NCBI GenBank assembly: GCA_038065235.1
Contig: JBBTRK010000014.1
Location: forward strand, 16,629 to 80,628
Length of the DNA: 64,000 nucleotides
Reading direction: 5' to 3'
Origin: Patescibacteria group bacterium
Lineage (GTDB): Bacteria; Patescibacteriota; Patescibacteriia; PEXW01
In this document: positions 17,821 through 26,501 of the stretch, one piece after another
How positions within the stretch are numbered: the stretch's first letter is position 1
How the letters are laid out: every line of letters starts with the position of its first letter
The notes under the pieces: model-generated
The model's input: only the letters and a program-made list of their open reading frames with translations
The model's database searches: none
What the model was told of the DNA's origin: nothing
Position numbers and translations under genes: made by a program

Positions 17821-18930
17821 CTACTCGTTAGTATTCGTGTTCTGGTTCGTGTTCGTCGTATCTTTACAACTTGGCTCAGACTTCGCCAACACACCGCACG
17901 CAGCTTCCCAACGGAATCGTGGCTCGAAGAGCATAACCCGAAGCTTTTCTGCCTTGGCAGTTACGAGGTCAGATAACCACGTATTGAAGTCTGGAGTTTT
18001 CACAATTCGTCGTAAGCTATACACCGTTCCGTCGGCCTTCTTCGAGGCTGAGACCTTTTTCTCTAAGAGCACAATCTCGTACCCCCGACTCGTTTCGAGT
18101 ACCGCGCTAATTTGCTTATCTCCGAGCGCGATAATCGTCTTCACCGCTTCAGCAGTGTACTCATCTGCTATAATCTTTGTGTTGAGTTCAATTGCCCCAC
18201 CCTTCACTGCTGTCTGTGCGTCTTGACTTTCCTTACTCGCCGTATCGGCAAATGTCGCCGCTGTGACTTTTTCCCGAATTGTCGCAACCTGGCTCTTCAC
18301 ATCGGCAAAATATTTCTCTGCTAGTTTCTCCTGGATGACTTGCGGCTTGATGAGCTTGAGCTTGAACTGCTCGACGTTCCAGCCGTAGAGCGTCTTGATG
18401 TACTGCTCGACATCCGCAGCATTCCCCGACTGCTGTACGTACCCGTCGTACGTCTTCTGTATGTCGACCTCAGCAATTGTCACTTTCTGCTCGTTCGCAA
18501 TAATAGTGAGGAGGGATTCGCCAATGATCTTATTGAGAATAATCTTTCGGGTATACACATCAGTACTTAACGTTCGCTGACTTGCGGCATCCGGTGGCTC
18601 ATTCCGCTGCAGATACGAGGCAATGTTCGGCACGTCCTTCTGGTAGTCTTCATACGACAGCCACTGATCCCCAACAATTGCTACTGGCAAGTGCATCGTT
18701 CGGGCAACCCACAGGAGCGCTGGGCGCTGCCAACTAAAACGGAGAAAGCCAACGGCGAATACCAGAATAACCACCACGACTACGCCAAGAACCCAAAGAC
18801 TTATACGCCGAACCCAATGGATGTGTGGAGGTGGTAGTTGCTTCAGGTTGTGGTGTTCAGGATCAGCCAGCGGAGGCATCTGCGTAATTGCCGCGCGGAC
18901 AGCTTCATGGTCAGGATGCAGGTCAGTCAT
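17821..18930 (-). CDS. SurA/PrsA-like foldase
   Basis: N-terminal TM; LPVAIV...KIILNKII SurA-N; FADTASKESQD...KGG, ISAVLETSRGYEIV parvulin-like. Confidence 0.8.
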   Translation of the reverse strand: MTDLHPDHEAVRAAITQMPPLADPEHHNLKQLPPPHIHWVRRISLWVLGVVVVVILVFAVGFLRFSWQRPALLWVARTMHLPVAIVGDQWLSYEDYQKDVPNIASYLQRNEPPDAASQRTLSTDVYTRKIILNKIIGESLLTIIANEQKVTIAEVDIQKTYDGYVQQSGNAADVEQYIKTLYGWNVEQFKLKLIKPQVIQEKLAEKYFADVKSQVATIREKVTAATFADTASKESQDAQTAVKGGAIELNTKIIADEYTAEAVKTIIALGDKQISAVLETSRGYEIVLLEKKVSASKKADGTVYSLRRIVKTPDFNTWLSDLVTAKAEKLRVMLFEPRFRWEAACGVLAKSEPSCKDTTNTNQNTNTNE

Positions 18931-18942
18931 AGTAAACGAGGG

Positions 18943-19344
18943 TTAAGAATTCGGAGAGAAAAAGTAGTACCACCAACGTTGCGCATTCGACGTCCCGGGC
19001 GTTTTGGACAATATTTCCGTTGCGATGAGTGATGTGCTATTTGCTTCTGGCACAATGAGTAGCGTTTCCCCAGGACGTTGTAGGTTCAAACGTTTCCGGG
19101 CTTCACGTTCCCGAAAGCTATCCGTGTTAATTGAGGCGACGTACTCCCCCAGGCTACGGTTCTGAGCCTGTAGTTCAGCAATCTGCTGCTCTAGGGTGGC
19201 AATCTCCTGCCGAAGCGACATACGCCGAACAACTTCTTTCGTAATGCCAATGAGGATTATGACGATGAGGATAACTTCCAACAGCAGCACACCGCGAGAG
19301 GTCATGATGCGGTGGATGAATCGTTTTTTCGTTGGCGTTTTCAT
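18943..19344 (-). CDS. Septum formation initiator (FtsB/DivIC family)
   Basis: TM, coiled coil, EREARKRLNLQRPGE. Confidence 0.85.
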   Translation of the reverse strand: MKTPTKKRFIHRIMTSRGVLLLEVILIVIILIGITKEVVRRMSLRQEIATLEQQIAELQAQNRSLGEYVASINTDSFREREARKRLNLQRPGETLLIVPEANSTSLIATEILSKTPGTSNAQRWWYYFFSPNS

Positions 19345-19439
19345 CAAAGTTCTTGATTTTTCCTTGCTGCATCATTGTCACACAATTCTCCTCATTCGTC
19401 AATCCAAAACCAAACGACGACATGCCATGTATGCTACAA

Positions 19440-20138
19440 CTACCCTGCGAGGATATCGGATTGTTTCACTTCGCGCCACTCACCGGGTTGCAGGCTACCT
19501 AGTTCAAGCGTATTTATGCGGACACGGGTGAGACGCGTTAGGTCACCGCGCACCGTACCAACCATACGTCGAATCTGCCGTTTCCAGCCTTGGTGTATTA
19601 CTACGCGGTACGTCACTGGGCCAACCACGGTGAAAGTGTCAAAACGCGCATACCCTTCGTTCAATTTGACACCCTGGGTGAGCGCATTGCATGCATCTTC
19701 ATCGAGCGGTCGTGATGTCGAAAATTCGTACTCCTTCTCGTGCTCGTACCGAGGGTGCGTCACCTGGTTCACGAGCTCCCCGTCATTCGTGAGGAGCAGC
19801 AAACCGCCAGAATCTTTATCGAGACGGCCAGCAATAGCTAAATCCCGTATCCCCGGAATAATATCGTAGATCGTGCGCTCGTTCTTGTACTGGGCATGCG
19901 TGCAGGTTACGCCTTCGGGCTTATTCACGGCAATGTACCGAAACGTTGTTACAGGAACTAGGTCTTTGCCATTCACGCGAACGTGATCAATGTGTGGGTC
20001 AATGCTAGTACCAAGCTTCATGACTTGTGTACCATTCACGTATACGCGCCCAGCAACAATTAGGTCTTCAGCTGTTCGCCGAGACACAATACTAGTACTC
20101 GCAATGAATTTCTGTAAGCGGACTTTCTTATCGCCCAT
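19440..20138 (-). CDS. rluB: 23S rRNA pseudouridine synthase (RluB/RsuA family)
   Basis: S4 domain RLQKFIA...SRR, NKPEG, GRLDKDSGGLLLLTNDG; start moved to ATG 20138 to avoid the tRNA. Confidence 0.88.
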   Translation of the reverse strand: MGDKKVRLQKFIASTSIVSRRTAEDLIVAGRVYVNGTQVMKLGTSIDPHIDHVRVNGKDLVPVTTFRYIAVNKPEGVTCTHAQYKNERTIYDIIPGIRDLAIAGRLDKDSGGLLLLTNDGELVNQVTHPRYEHEKEYEFSTSRPLDEDACNALTQGVKLNEGYARFDTFTVVGPVTYRVVIHQGWKRQIRRMVGTVRGDLTRLTRVRINTLELGSLQPGEWREVKQSDILAG

Positions 20139-20164
20139 AATAAAAAATCCTATCAGCCCAAGGC

Positions 20165-20239
20165 TGGCGGGGGCGCAAGGACTCGAACCTTGAATAATGG
20201 TTTTGGAGACCATTGTGATAGCCATTTCACCACACCCCC
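20165..20239 (-). tRNA. tRNA-Trp(CCA)
   Basis: Minus strand ATGGT-CTCCAAA-ACCAT anticodon arm; CCA end. Confidence 0.95.
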
Positions 20240-20278
20240 ACAGGTTTTAAAAAATTACTAGGAAAATTAAAAAATCTC

Positions 20279-20434
20279 TTACTTCGTTTCCTTATGCAAG
20301 GTATGCTTACCGCACCACGTGCAGTGCTTCTTCAATTGCAAGCGTCCTTTCAGTGTCTTCTTATTCTTCTTCGAGTGGTAGTTCACATGCTTGCAAATCG
20401 TGCACTCCAGGTGGATCAAATTATCTTGCGACAT
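20279..20434 (-). CDS. rpmG: 50S ribosomal protein L33 (zinc-binding form)
   Basis: Read manually: [51 protein letters not shown]. Confidence 0.96.
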   Translation of the reverse strand: MSQDNLIHLECTICKHVNYHSKKNKKTLKGRLQLKKHCTWCGKHTLHKETK

Positions 20435-20480
20435 AGTAGATTAGACATCAATGAGTGAAATGAATAGAAACTTTTCTGGC

Positions 20481-20526
20481 TGCCCTGTACCAGTCGTCCC
20501 GCAAGGCGTGACTCCGGTGCAGGGCA
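20481..20526. repeat. GC-rich palindromic (REP-like) element
   Basis: TGCCCTGTACC...GGTGCAGGGCA stem enclosing an inner hairpin. Confidence 0.55.
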
Positions 20527-20572
20527 TGAACCACTACATCCTCTAATTGTTGGCAAGCCTTACAAATATGAG

Positions 20573-20612
20573 TGGCTTGCCATGAACCCGAACGACAGTG
20601 AGTGGTTCATGG
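20573..20612 (-). repeat. 40-bp tRNA-3'-end-associated repeat, copy 2
   Basis: Overlaps the CCA of tRNA-Thr(TGT), as copy 1 does for tRNA-Gly. Confidence 0.85.
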
Positions 20613-20684
20613 AGCCGGAGAGAGGAGTCGAACCTCCGACCTTCGCTTTACAAAAGCGTTGCTCTACCACTGAGCTACTCCGGC
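20610..20684 (-). tRNA. tRNA-Thr(TGT)
   Basis: GCCGGAG acceptor stem, CGCT-TTTGTAA-AGCG, CCA end. Confidence 0.95.
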
Positions 20685-20763
20685 AAAAATTTTCTGAATT
20701 CCCTGGGGGTTAAACGATATTTTCCAGCATTGCGACAGAAATTTGTATTCGCCCAGTCACCTC

Positions 20764-20839
20764 TGGAGCCGATGGCCGGAATTGAACCGGCGACCTACTC
20801 CTTACCATGGAGTTGCTCTACCAGCTGAGCTACATCGGC
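20764..20839 (-). tRNA. tRNA-Thr(GGT)
   Basis: GCCGATG acceptor stem, ACTCC-ATGGTAA-GGAGT, CCA end. Confidence 0.95.
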
Positions 20840-20907
20840 AAAGGTGACTGGGCGATCTACACGACTTTCGCCGTACTGCATCGACGTGCAAATGATAACG
20901 ATCAACC

Positions 20908-21798
20908 TTATAGGTTCTTCACTGCTTCTGCAAGTTCAGGTAATTTCTGATTCTCTGGGTTCGTTACACGCAGCCGCTCGAGCGTTTCGCGGGCTAGTAC
21001 TTTCCGAGAATTCTGGATTGCGAACGCGAGTAGTGCGTCGAGGTACTTCGGATTCGAAGGTTCTAGCTTCACTGCCTCTTGGAAAGCGATTTGAGCTTTC
21101 TCCGTACTGCCGAGTTTCACCTCAACGTTCGCGAGCTCAAATTGTGCCGTCGCGGTCGTAGCATTCAAACTCACGGACTTCAGATAGTCAGATTCTGCTT
21201 CAGAAAAATTCCCTTCATCAGTTGCGATTCGGCCGAGCCGCGTGTACGCCGAGTCATTCCCCTGCTGCAGTTTCAATACGAACTGGAGAGCTTCACGCGC
21301 ATTCTTGTAATCCTTCTTCGCCATGGCCACATCAGCGAGTCCAAGGTACGCCTCTATATTTTTCGGATCAAGTGCAACCACGTCAACAAAGAGTTGCTCA
21401 GCACGGATGTAGTCTTCGGCTGCCATTGCAGTCTGCGCATCAGCGAGACTAGTAGCTAGTCGGGAGCGTAAAACTTCAGGATCTTCTATTGATTTCTGGG
21501 TTATGATTTTCCGCCGGTACTCCCGTTCGAGTTCATGTAAACGGTGGAGCAATGTCTGCAGCCCACGCCACAATCCCGTGAACCCCTTCTTAAGCGTTCT
21601 CACAATCGCCGCTTCGGCGTTACCTAGCTTCTGTTGTAACCGATGGTCTAATATCTGTTGCTTCCGCGCTTGCTGCTGGTGCTTAGGAATTGCCTCGGTG
21701 CGTATACTGGCAAGTTGCGGTAACTTCCGCCAGACCACCACGGCACAGACCACGACGCAGGTGCCAAAGACTCCAAGAAATATCCAATCGATGAACAT
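20908..21798 (-). CDS. Membrane-anchored TPR protein
   Basis: N-terminal TM; TPRs (ALDPKNIEAYLGLA, AVKLEPSNPKYL, NPENQKL). Confidence 0.85.
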   Translation of the reverse strand: MFIDWIFLGVFGTCVVVCAVVVWRKLPQLASIRTEAIPKHQQQARKQQILDHRLQQKLGNAEAAIVRTLKKGFTGLWRGLQTLLHRLHELEREYRRKIITQKSIEDPEVLRSRLATSLADAQTAMAAEDYIRAEQLFVDVVALDPKNIEAYLGLADVAMAKKDYKNAREALQFVLKLQQGNDSAYTRLGRIATDEGNFSEAESDYLKSVSLNATTATAQFELANVEVKLGSTEKAQIAFQEAVKLEPSNPKYLDALLAFAIQNSRKVLARETLERLRVTNPENQKLPELAEAVKNL

Positions 21799-21801
21799 GT
21801 G

Positions 21802-22386
21802 CTACACGCTTAGGCGAACGAATTCTTTAACCTGAATGTTCTCCCCGAGTTTCTGCATTGCCTCCTGGACAACGCCACCAACAGTCTTCGAATCGTCCTT
21901 GAAAAACTTTTGCTCAAGCAAGCAATGTTCCTCGACAAACTTCTTCAGCTTTCCCTGGATGATTGATGCGAGGATAGCCTCTGGTTTCCCGGTCGATTGG
22001 CTGCGAGCAATATCTTCTTCTTTCGCCAGGATATCGGCTGGGATCTCAGCGGCCGTGAGATACGTGGGTGCTGCGGCTGCAACGTGCATTGCGAGCTCGT
22101 GCGCAAGCGTCTGAAAATCTGCAGTGCGGCCAACGAAGTCAGTCTCACACGCCACAGCAACGACTGCCACAAGCTTCTTGTTACTGTGCTCGTAGACACC
22201 GACCACACCTTCTCGCGTTGCCCGGGCAGCTTTCTTATCCGCAACTTTCTGACCAGCTTTTCGAAGCGCCGTTACCGCAGCATCGAGGTCACCACCGACT
22301 GCTTCGAGCGCCTGCTTCGCATCGAGCATGCCAACGCCAGTGCGCTCGCGAAGTTTCTGGATATCGGCTACGGGTATTGCAGGCAT
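21802..22386 (-). CDS. tsf: Elongation factor Ts (short form)
   Basis: LRERTGVGMLDAKQAL, CETDFV, LGENIQVKEFVR. Confidence 0.97.
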   Translation of the reverse strand: MPAIPVADIQKLRERTGVGMLDAKQALEAVGGDLDAAVTALRKAGQKVADKKAARATREGVVGVYEHSNKKLVAVVAVACETDFVGRTADFQTLAHELAMHVAAAAPTYLTAAEIPADILAKEEDIARSQSTGKPEAILASIIQGKLKKFVEEHCLLEQKFFKDDSKTVGGVVQEAMQKLGENIQVKEFVRLSV

Positions 22387-22404
22387 TGTGAGTTGATTAA
22401 ATGA

Positions 22405-23136
22405 TTACGCTACTACTGCAGGGACAGGGGTCACAGCAGGAGCCGTCGCAGCTTGACGTTTCTTGCCAGCATTAATGGATTCGGTAATCACGCTGGTGAG
22501 GAGTTCCACCGACTTTGTCGCGTCATCATTCCCTGGTATGGGGTACTGGACGAGGTCGGGATTCACATTTGAATCGCAGATGGCAATGATTGGGACATTC
22601 ATCTTCCGAGCTTCACGAATCGCTGTGCGCTCTTTTGCACAATCGATGACGAAGAGTACTTGAGGGATCTTGTCAATCTGCTCGATGCCGCCAATTTCTG
22701 TCTGCAGCTTGGTAATATCCTTCTGCAAACCAACCTGTTCCTTCTTCGTGTACCGATCCAGAAGACCAGCTGCTTGCTCACTCTTCAGCCGACGGAGCTT
22801 CTTAATGAGCTCGTGGATGGTGCTGAAATTTGTGAGGGTGCCGCCAATCCAGCGTTCGGTCATGTAGGGCATTCCACTCGCTTCGGCCTGCTGCTTGACG
22901 ATTGCTTTCACCTGCCGCTTCGTGCCGACGAAAAGAATTGTGCCGCCTGCTTGCACGACGGACTCAGCAAAAGCCGCGGCAGCTTGCAGCTTGTCGAGGG
23001 TCGCTTCCAAATTAATGATATGGATTCCGTTCCGAGACGTAAAAATGTAGGGCTTCATCTTCGGATTCCACCTAGATTCTTGATGGCCAAAGTGCACGCC
23101 CTTCTGGAGCATTTCGAGTAAAGTAACCTCGCGCAT
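22405..23136 (-). CDS. rpsB: 30S ribosomal protein S2
   Basis: GVHFGH...WNPKMKPYI, RWIGGTLTNF, PIPGNDDA. Confidence 0.98.
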   Translation of the reverse strand: MREVTLLEMLQKGVHFGHQESRWNPKMKPYIFTSRNGIHIINLEATLDKLQAAAAFAESVVQAGGTILFVGTKRQVKAIVKQQAEASGMPYMTERWIGGTLTNFSTIHELIKKLRRLKSEQAAGLLDRYTKKEQVGLQKDITKLQTEIGGIEQIDKIPQVLFVIDCAKERTAIREARKMNVPIIAICDSNVNPDLVQYPIPGNDDATKSVELLTSVITESINAGKKRQAATAPAVTPVPAVVA

Positions 23137-23159
23137 ACGTGTAGTCCTTTCATTAATTG

Positions 23160-23250
23160 CCGCTACGTCGTATCGGCAACGGGGGCCCCGCGCTTGGCGA
23201 AGGTCAGGATCCGCACCAGATTTGCCAGGATTGGCAAACGACGTATGTGA
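23160..23250 (-). promoter_or_regulatory. Putative structured rpsB leader (S2 autoregulatory element)
   Basis: 5' UTR with long-range TACGTCGT/ACGACGTA pairing enclosing inner hairpins; rpsB leaders are an established class. Confidence 0.5.
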
Positions 23251-23348
23251 GATAAGAACGTCATGACTCTACCACGGTGTTTCATCCCTGACAAGGGGGC
23301 ACTTCCAAGTGCTTGACGCATCATCTGAACGTGGTATAGTACGAACCT

Positions 23349-23603
23349 ATGAAGGACAAGATTCACCCAACCTACTATCACGACGCCGCTGTACGTTGCG
23401 GCTGTGGCAATAAGTTTATTACTGGTTCCACCCTGCAGGAGCTGAGCGTTGAAGTCTGTTCAAATTGCCATCCGCTCTACACCGGCAAGCAGAAAATGGT
23501 AGACACCCAAGGCCGCGTCGATCGTTTCAAGCGCCTGAAAGAGAAGTCTTCGGCAAAGGCGACAGCTCTGTTAACAGTGAAAAAGTCGAAAAAGCGCAAG
23601 TAA
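23349..23603 (+). CDS. rpmE: 50S ribosomal protein L31
   Basis: [29 protein letters not shown]. Confidence 0.97.
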   Translation: MKDKIHPTYYHDAAVRCGCGNKFITGSTLQELSVEVCSNCHPLYTGKQKMVDTQGRVDRFKRLKEKSSAKATALLTVKKSKKRK

Positions 23604-23652
23604 CTAACTCACTACACTCCCCTTCCGCGATACCCGCGTAGGGTTTTTCCCC

Positions 23653-24717
23653 ATGGCAGTAGACCGAAACGCACTCAACGTACGACGCGAGGAACTAGAA
23701 CACCAGTTGCAAGAAGCAGCCAGCACTGGTGAGACTTCGCGTCTAGAGAAACTCTCCCGTGAGCATTCTCATATTGTCGAGCACCTTGGCCTCCTCACCG
23801 AACATGACCACATGCAGCACCAGCTCGCTGATGCACGCAGTATGCAAGCAGATGGTGATGCGGATATGCTCACCTTAGGGAAAGAAGAAGAAGAGCGCAT
23901 TCAAAGAGAGCTTGCCGATATCGAAATGCAAATTCAAGATATTGAACGCCCGCGCGACCCACTCGACACACGCGACGCGATTATTGAAATACGCGCTGGC
24001 GCCGGGGGCGACGAGTCAGGCTTGTTCGCCGCCCAACTGGCACGCATGTACATGCGTTTCGCTGAACGCCGCGGCTGGAGCACGAACATTGTAGACACCA
24101 ACCGCACGGGCATTGGTGGCTACAAAGAAGTCATTTTCGAGGTCCACGGTACCGACACCTACGGCATGCTCCGTCTTGAATCGGGTGTGCACCGCGTGCA
24201 GCGTGTACCGGACACCGAGAAAAGTGGTCGTGTACATACGTCAACTGCAACCGTTGCAGTCTTACCCATCGTCGAGGCTGAAGACATAACAATCAAGCCA
24301 GAAGATATCAAGCTTGAAGTGACGACGTCATCAGGCCATGGCGGGCAGTCGGTGAACACTACCTACTCGGCCGTCCGCATGACGCACATTCCATCCGGCA
24401 TTATGGTGAAGATGCAGGACGAACGCTCGCAGAAGCAAAACCGGGAGAAAGCCATGGAGATCCTCCGCGCGCGGGTATTCGCCATGGAGCAGGAGAAACG
24501 CGTACAAGCCGCCTCTGACCTCCGGAAAAGCCAAATTGGTACGGGCGACCGAAGCGAAAAAATCCGTACCTATAATTTCCCTCAGGATCGCATGACCGAC
24601 CACCGCCTGAAGGAGAACTACCATGGCCTCACAGGAATTATGGATGGGGACATTGAGCCAGTACTCATAGCGCTCATGAAAGCCCGTCGGGATGCCGCCC
24701 CAACTGCAACTGCGTAA
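23653..24717 (+). CDS. prfA: Peptide chain release factor 1
   Basis: [19 protein letters not shown] (PxT), [15 protein letters not shown]. Confidence 0.97.
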   Translation: MAVDRNALNVRREELEHQLQEAASTGETSRLEKLSREHSHIVEHLGLLTEHDHMQHQLADARSMQADGDADMLTLGKEEEERIQRELADIEMQIQDIERPRDPLDTRDAIIEIRAGAGGDESGLFAAQLARMYMRFAERRGWSTNIVDTNRTGIGGYKEVIFEVHGTDTYGMLRLESGVHRVQRVPDTEKSGRVHTSTATVAVLPIVEAEDITIKPEDIKLEVTTSSGHGGQSVNTTYSAVRMTHIPSGIMVKMQDERSQKQNREKAMEILRARVFAMEQEKRVQAASDLRKSQIGTGDRSEKIRTYNFPQDRMTDHRLKENYHGLTGIMDGDIEPVLIALMKARRDAAPTATA

Positions 24718-25513
24718 CGTCGAGACGGCACTTCGTCTCGCCAACCTTGATTTGCGTGAATCAAGGGATTTACTCGTGCACGTACTTCGCAAGCCTCTCA
24801 GTTATCTCATCGCGCACCCAGAAACTACGCTCACCCCAGCTCAACTTGTAAAGTTTCGCGGCCTCGTGGTGAAACGTCGCCGAGGCGTACCATTCGCCTA
24901 TCTCACTGGCCACCAGGGCTTCTACGGATTGGACTTTACGGTCACGAAAGATGTGCTCATCCCCCGACCCGAAACTGAACAACTTGTTGATTGGGTACTC
25001 GCACATGTCGATCGGAAGGAAACCACAACAATTATCGACGTTGGCACTGGCTCTGGCTGCATTGCCGTGACCTTGGCGAAGTACTTACCTGTGGTAAAAA
25101 TCATTGCCTCGGACGTGAGCGCGAAAGCTATTGTCATGGCCAAAAAAAACGCACGGACGCATAACGTAGCGAATCGCATTACGTTCCGCCGCGGCTCGCT
25201 CTTATCTGTACTCAAACCTAACGAAAAGCCCGAACTGGTGGTAGCCAATCTCCCCTACCTCACCAAACCCCAGCTCAAGAATGTACCCCACGAACCCAAA
25301 CTTGCCCTCCACGGCGGCACGCGAGGACTTGAACTTATTGAAAAACTTATCATCCAAATAATAGAACGAAATATCGCCCTAGCCATTCTCGAAATTGATC
25401 CGGCACAAGAACGTTGGCTCACGGGCGTTGGCGACCGACTGACTGGCTACCACTACGAATTCCTCGCCGACCTTACGGGGCGGACGAGGTTCTTAATCCT
25501 CCAAAAAGCCTAG
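24692..25513 (+). CDS. prmC: Release factor glutamine methyltransferase
   Basis: [24 protein letters not shown]; follows prfA. Confidence 0.95.
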   Translation: MPPQLQLRNVETALRLANLDLRESRDLLVHVLRKPLSYLIAHPETTLTPAQLVKFRGLVVKRRRGVPFAYLTGHQGFYGLDFTVTKDVLIPRPETEQLVDWVLAHVDRKETTTIIDVGTGSGCIAVTLAKYLPVVKIIASDVSAKAIVMAKKNARTHNVANRITFRRGSLLSVLKPNEKPELVVANLPYLTKPQLKNVPHEPKLALHGGTRGLELIEKLIIQIIERNIALAILEIDPAQERWLTGVGDRLTGYHYEFLADLTGRTRFLILQKA

Positions 25514-25617
25514 CCCTTCCGCTCCGCGACCATGGGCGCTAAGATGAAATTGTAAATACAAATAACTTCCCCAGTTTGAGACCTGGGGATTATACTGTGC
25601 ATCAAAGAATAAGAAAC

Positions 25618-25797
25618 CTAAACGGACTGGGAATCCCCAAGCTTTCGTTGGTAGGTTTCAACAAGTGCACTTTGAGCACGGTTGGCTTCTTGCGCAGCCT
25701 GCTTAATCAACTTTTTTTGCTCTCCTGAAGGGAGGCGAAAAAAGTTCTGGCGACCATGTTGGCTGCCTTTAAAAAATGAAAGAAGACGTGTAATCAT
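25618..25797 (-). CDS. 59-aa partner of the zeta-toxin-like protein (putative antitoxin)
   Basis: Read manually: MITRLLSFFKGSQHGRQNFFRLPSGEQKKLIKQAAQEANRAQSALVETYQRKLGDSQSV; ATGA overlap with the toxin stop. Confidence 0.7.
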   Translation of the reverse strand: MITRLLSFFKGSQHGRQNFFRLPSGEQKKLIKQAAQEANRAQSALVETYQRKLGDSQSV

Positions 25798-26495
25798 AAG
25801 CTTTTTCTAAGTTGATCTTTAGTATACGGACAAACAATATGATTGTCAATATTATCAATATTGAAGCGTGTCTTTTTTACGCTTTTATTTGACCAATCTT
25901 TTTCTATGAGAAAAAGCTCCACATCCTTCTTGAACATTTCTTTTACGCGATTTGCATTTTCTCTGGCAGCAAAAAATGCCTCGATAAAAGCTTCTTTAGG
26001 TAAGTAACGACCTTCTTCTTTTTCACGAATCTGTGTGAACTTCCATGCTACTTCTGGCTCTTGATAAATATAAATAATCCCAATTTTCCGTTTACGCTTA
26101 ATTGAACGTGCAACATCTTCTATACAATATTTGTCGTCTGCGAATGTCCCATCAAGTAGAATATTCTGCCTTTCTTTTAAACAATAATCGTATAGTTTTT
26201 GCACGCCAAGAGCGGAAGCACCCTGTACTTCGTTAGAGTTACTACCTGTATATTGTGGTAGCATCTTCTTAATTTCATCAGCATCAATTCGGACACATTG
26301 TATTGACGGCTTTCGGCGAGCCAAACTCTTCACTAAACCTTCAGAAAACTCTGTTTTTCCTGCACCGGGTGAGCCCGCCATAAAAATGGTAAAGGGATCG
26401 TCCATTGGCGGATATGCACGTGGGTCGGCAAAACGAACGATGAGCTCGTCACGATGTGCCTTTAAAAAATCCACTGCGTCTTCAGCAATGCTCAT
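25794..26495 (-). CDS. Zeta toxin family P-loop kinase
   Basis: FMAGSPGAGKTE, RIDADEIK, LLDGTF, RE...GR. Confidence 0.88.
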   Translation of the reverse strand: MSIAEDAVDFLKAHRDELIVRFADPRAYPPMDDPFTIFMAGSPGAGKTEFSEGLVKSLARRKPSIQCVRIDADEIKKMLPQYTGSNSNEVQGASALGVQKLYDYCLKERQNILLDGTFADDKYCIEDVARSIKRKRKIGIIYIYQEPEVAWKFTQIREKEEGRYLPKEAFIEAFFAARENANRVKEMFKKDVELFLIEKDWSNKSVKKTRFNIDNIDNHIVCPYTKDQLRKSL

Positions 26496-26501
26496 GGTGA
26501 T

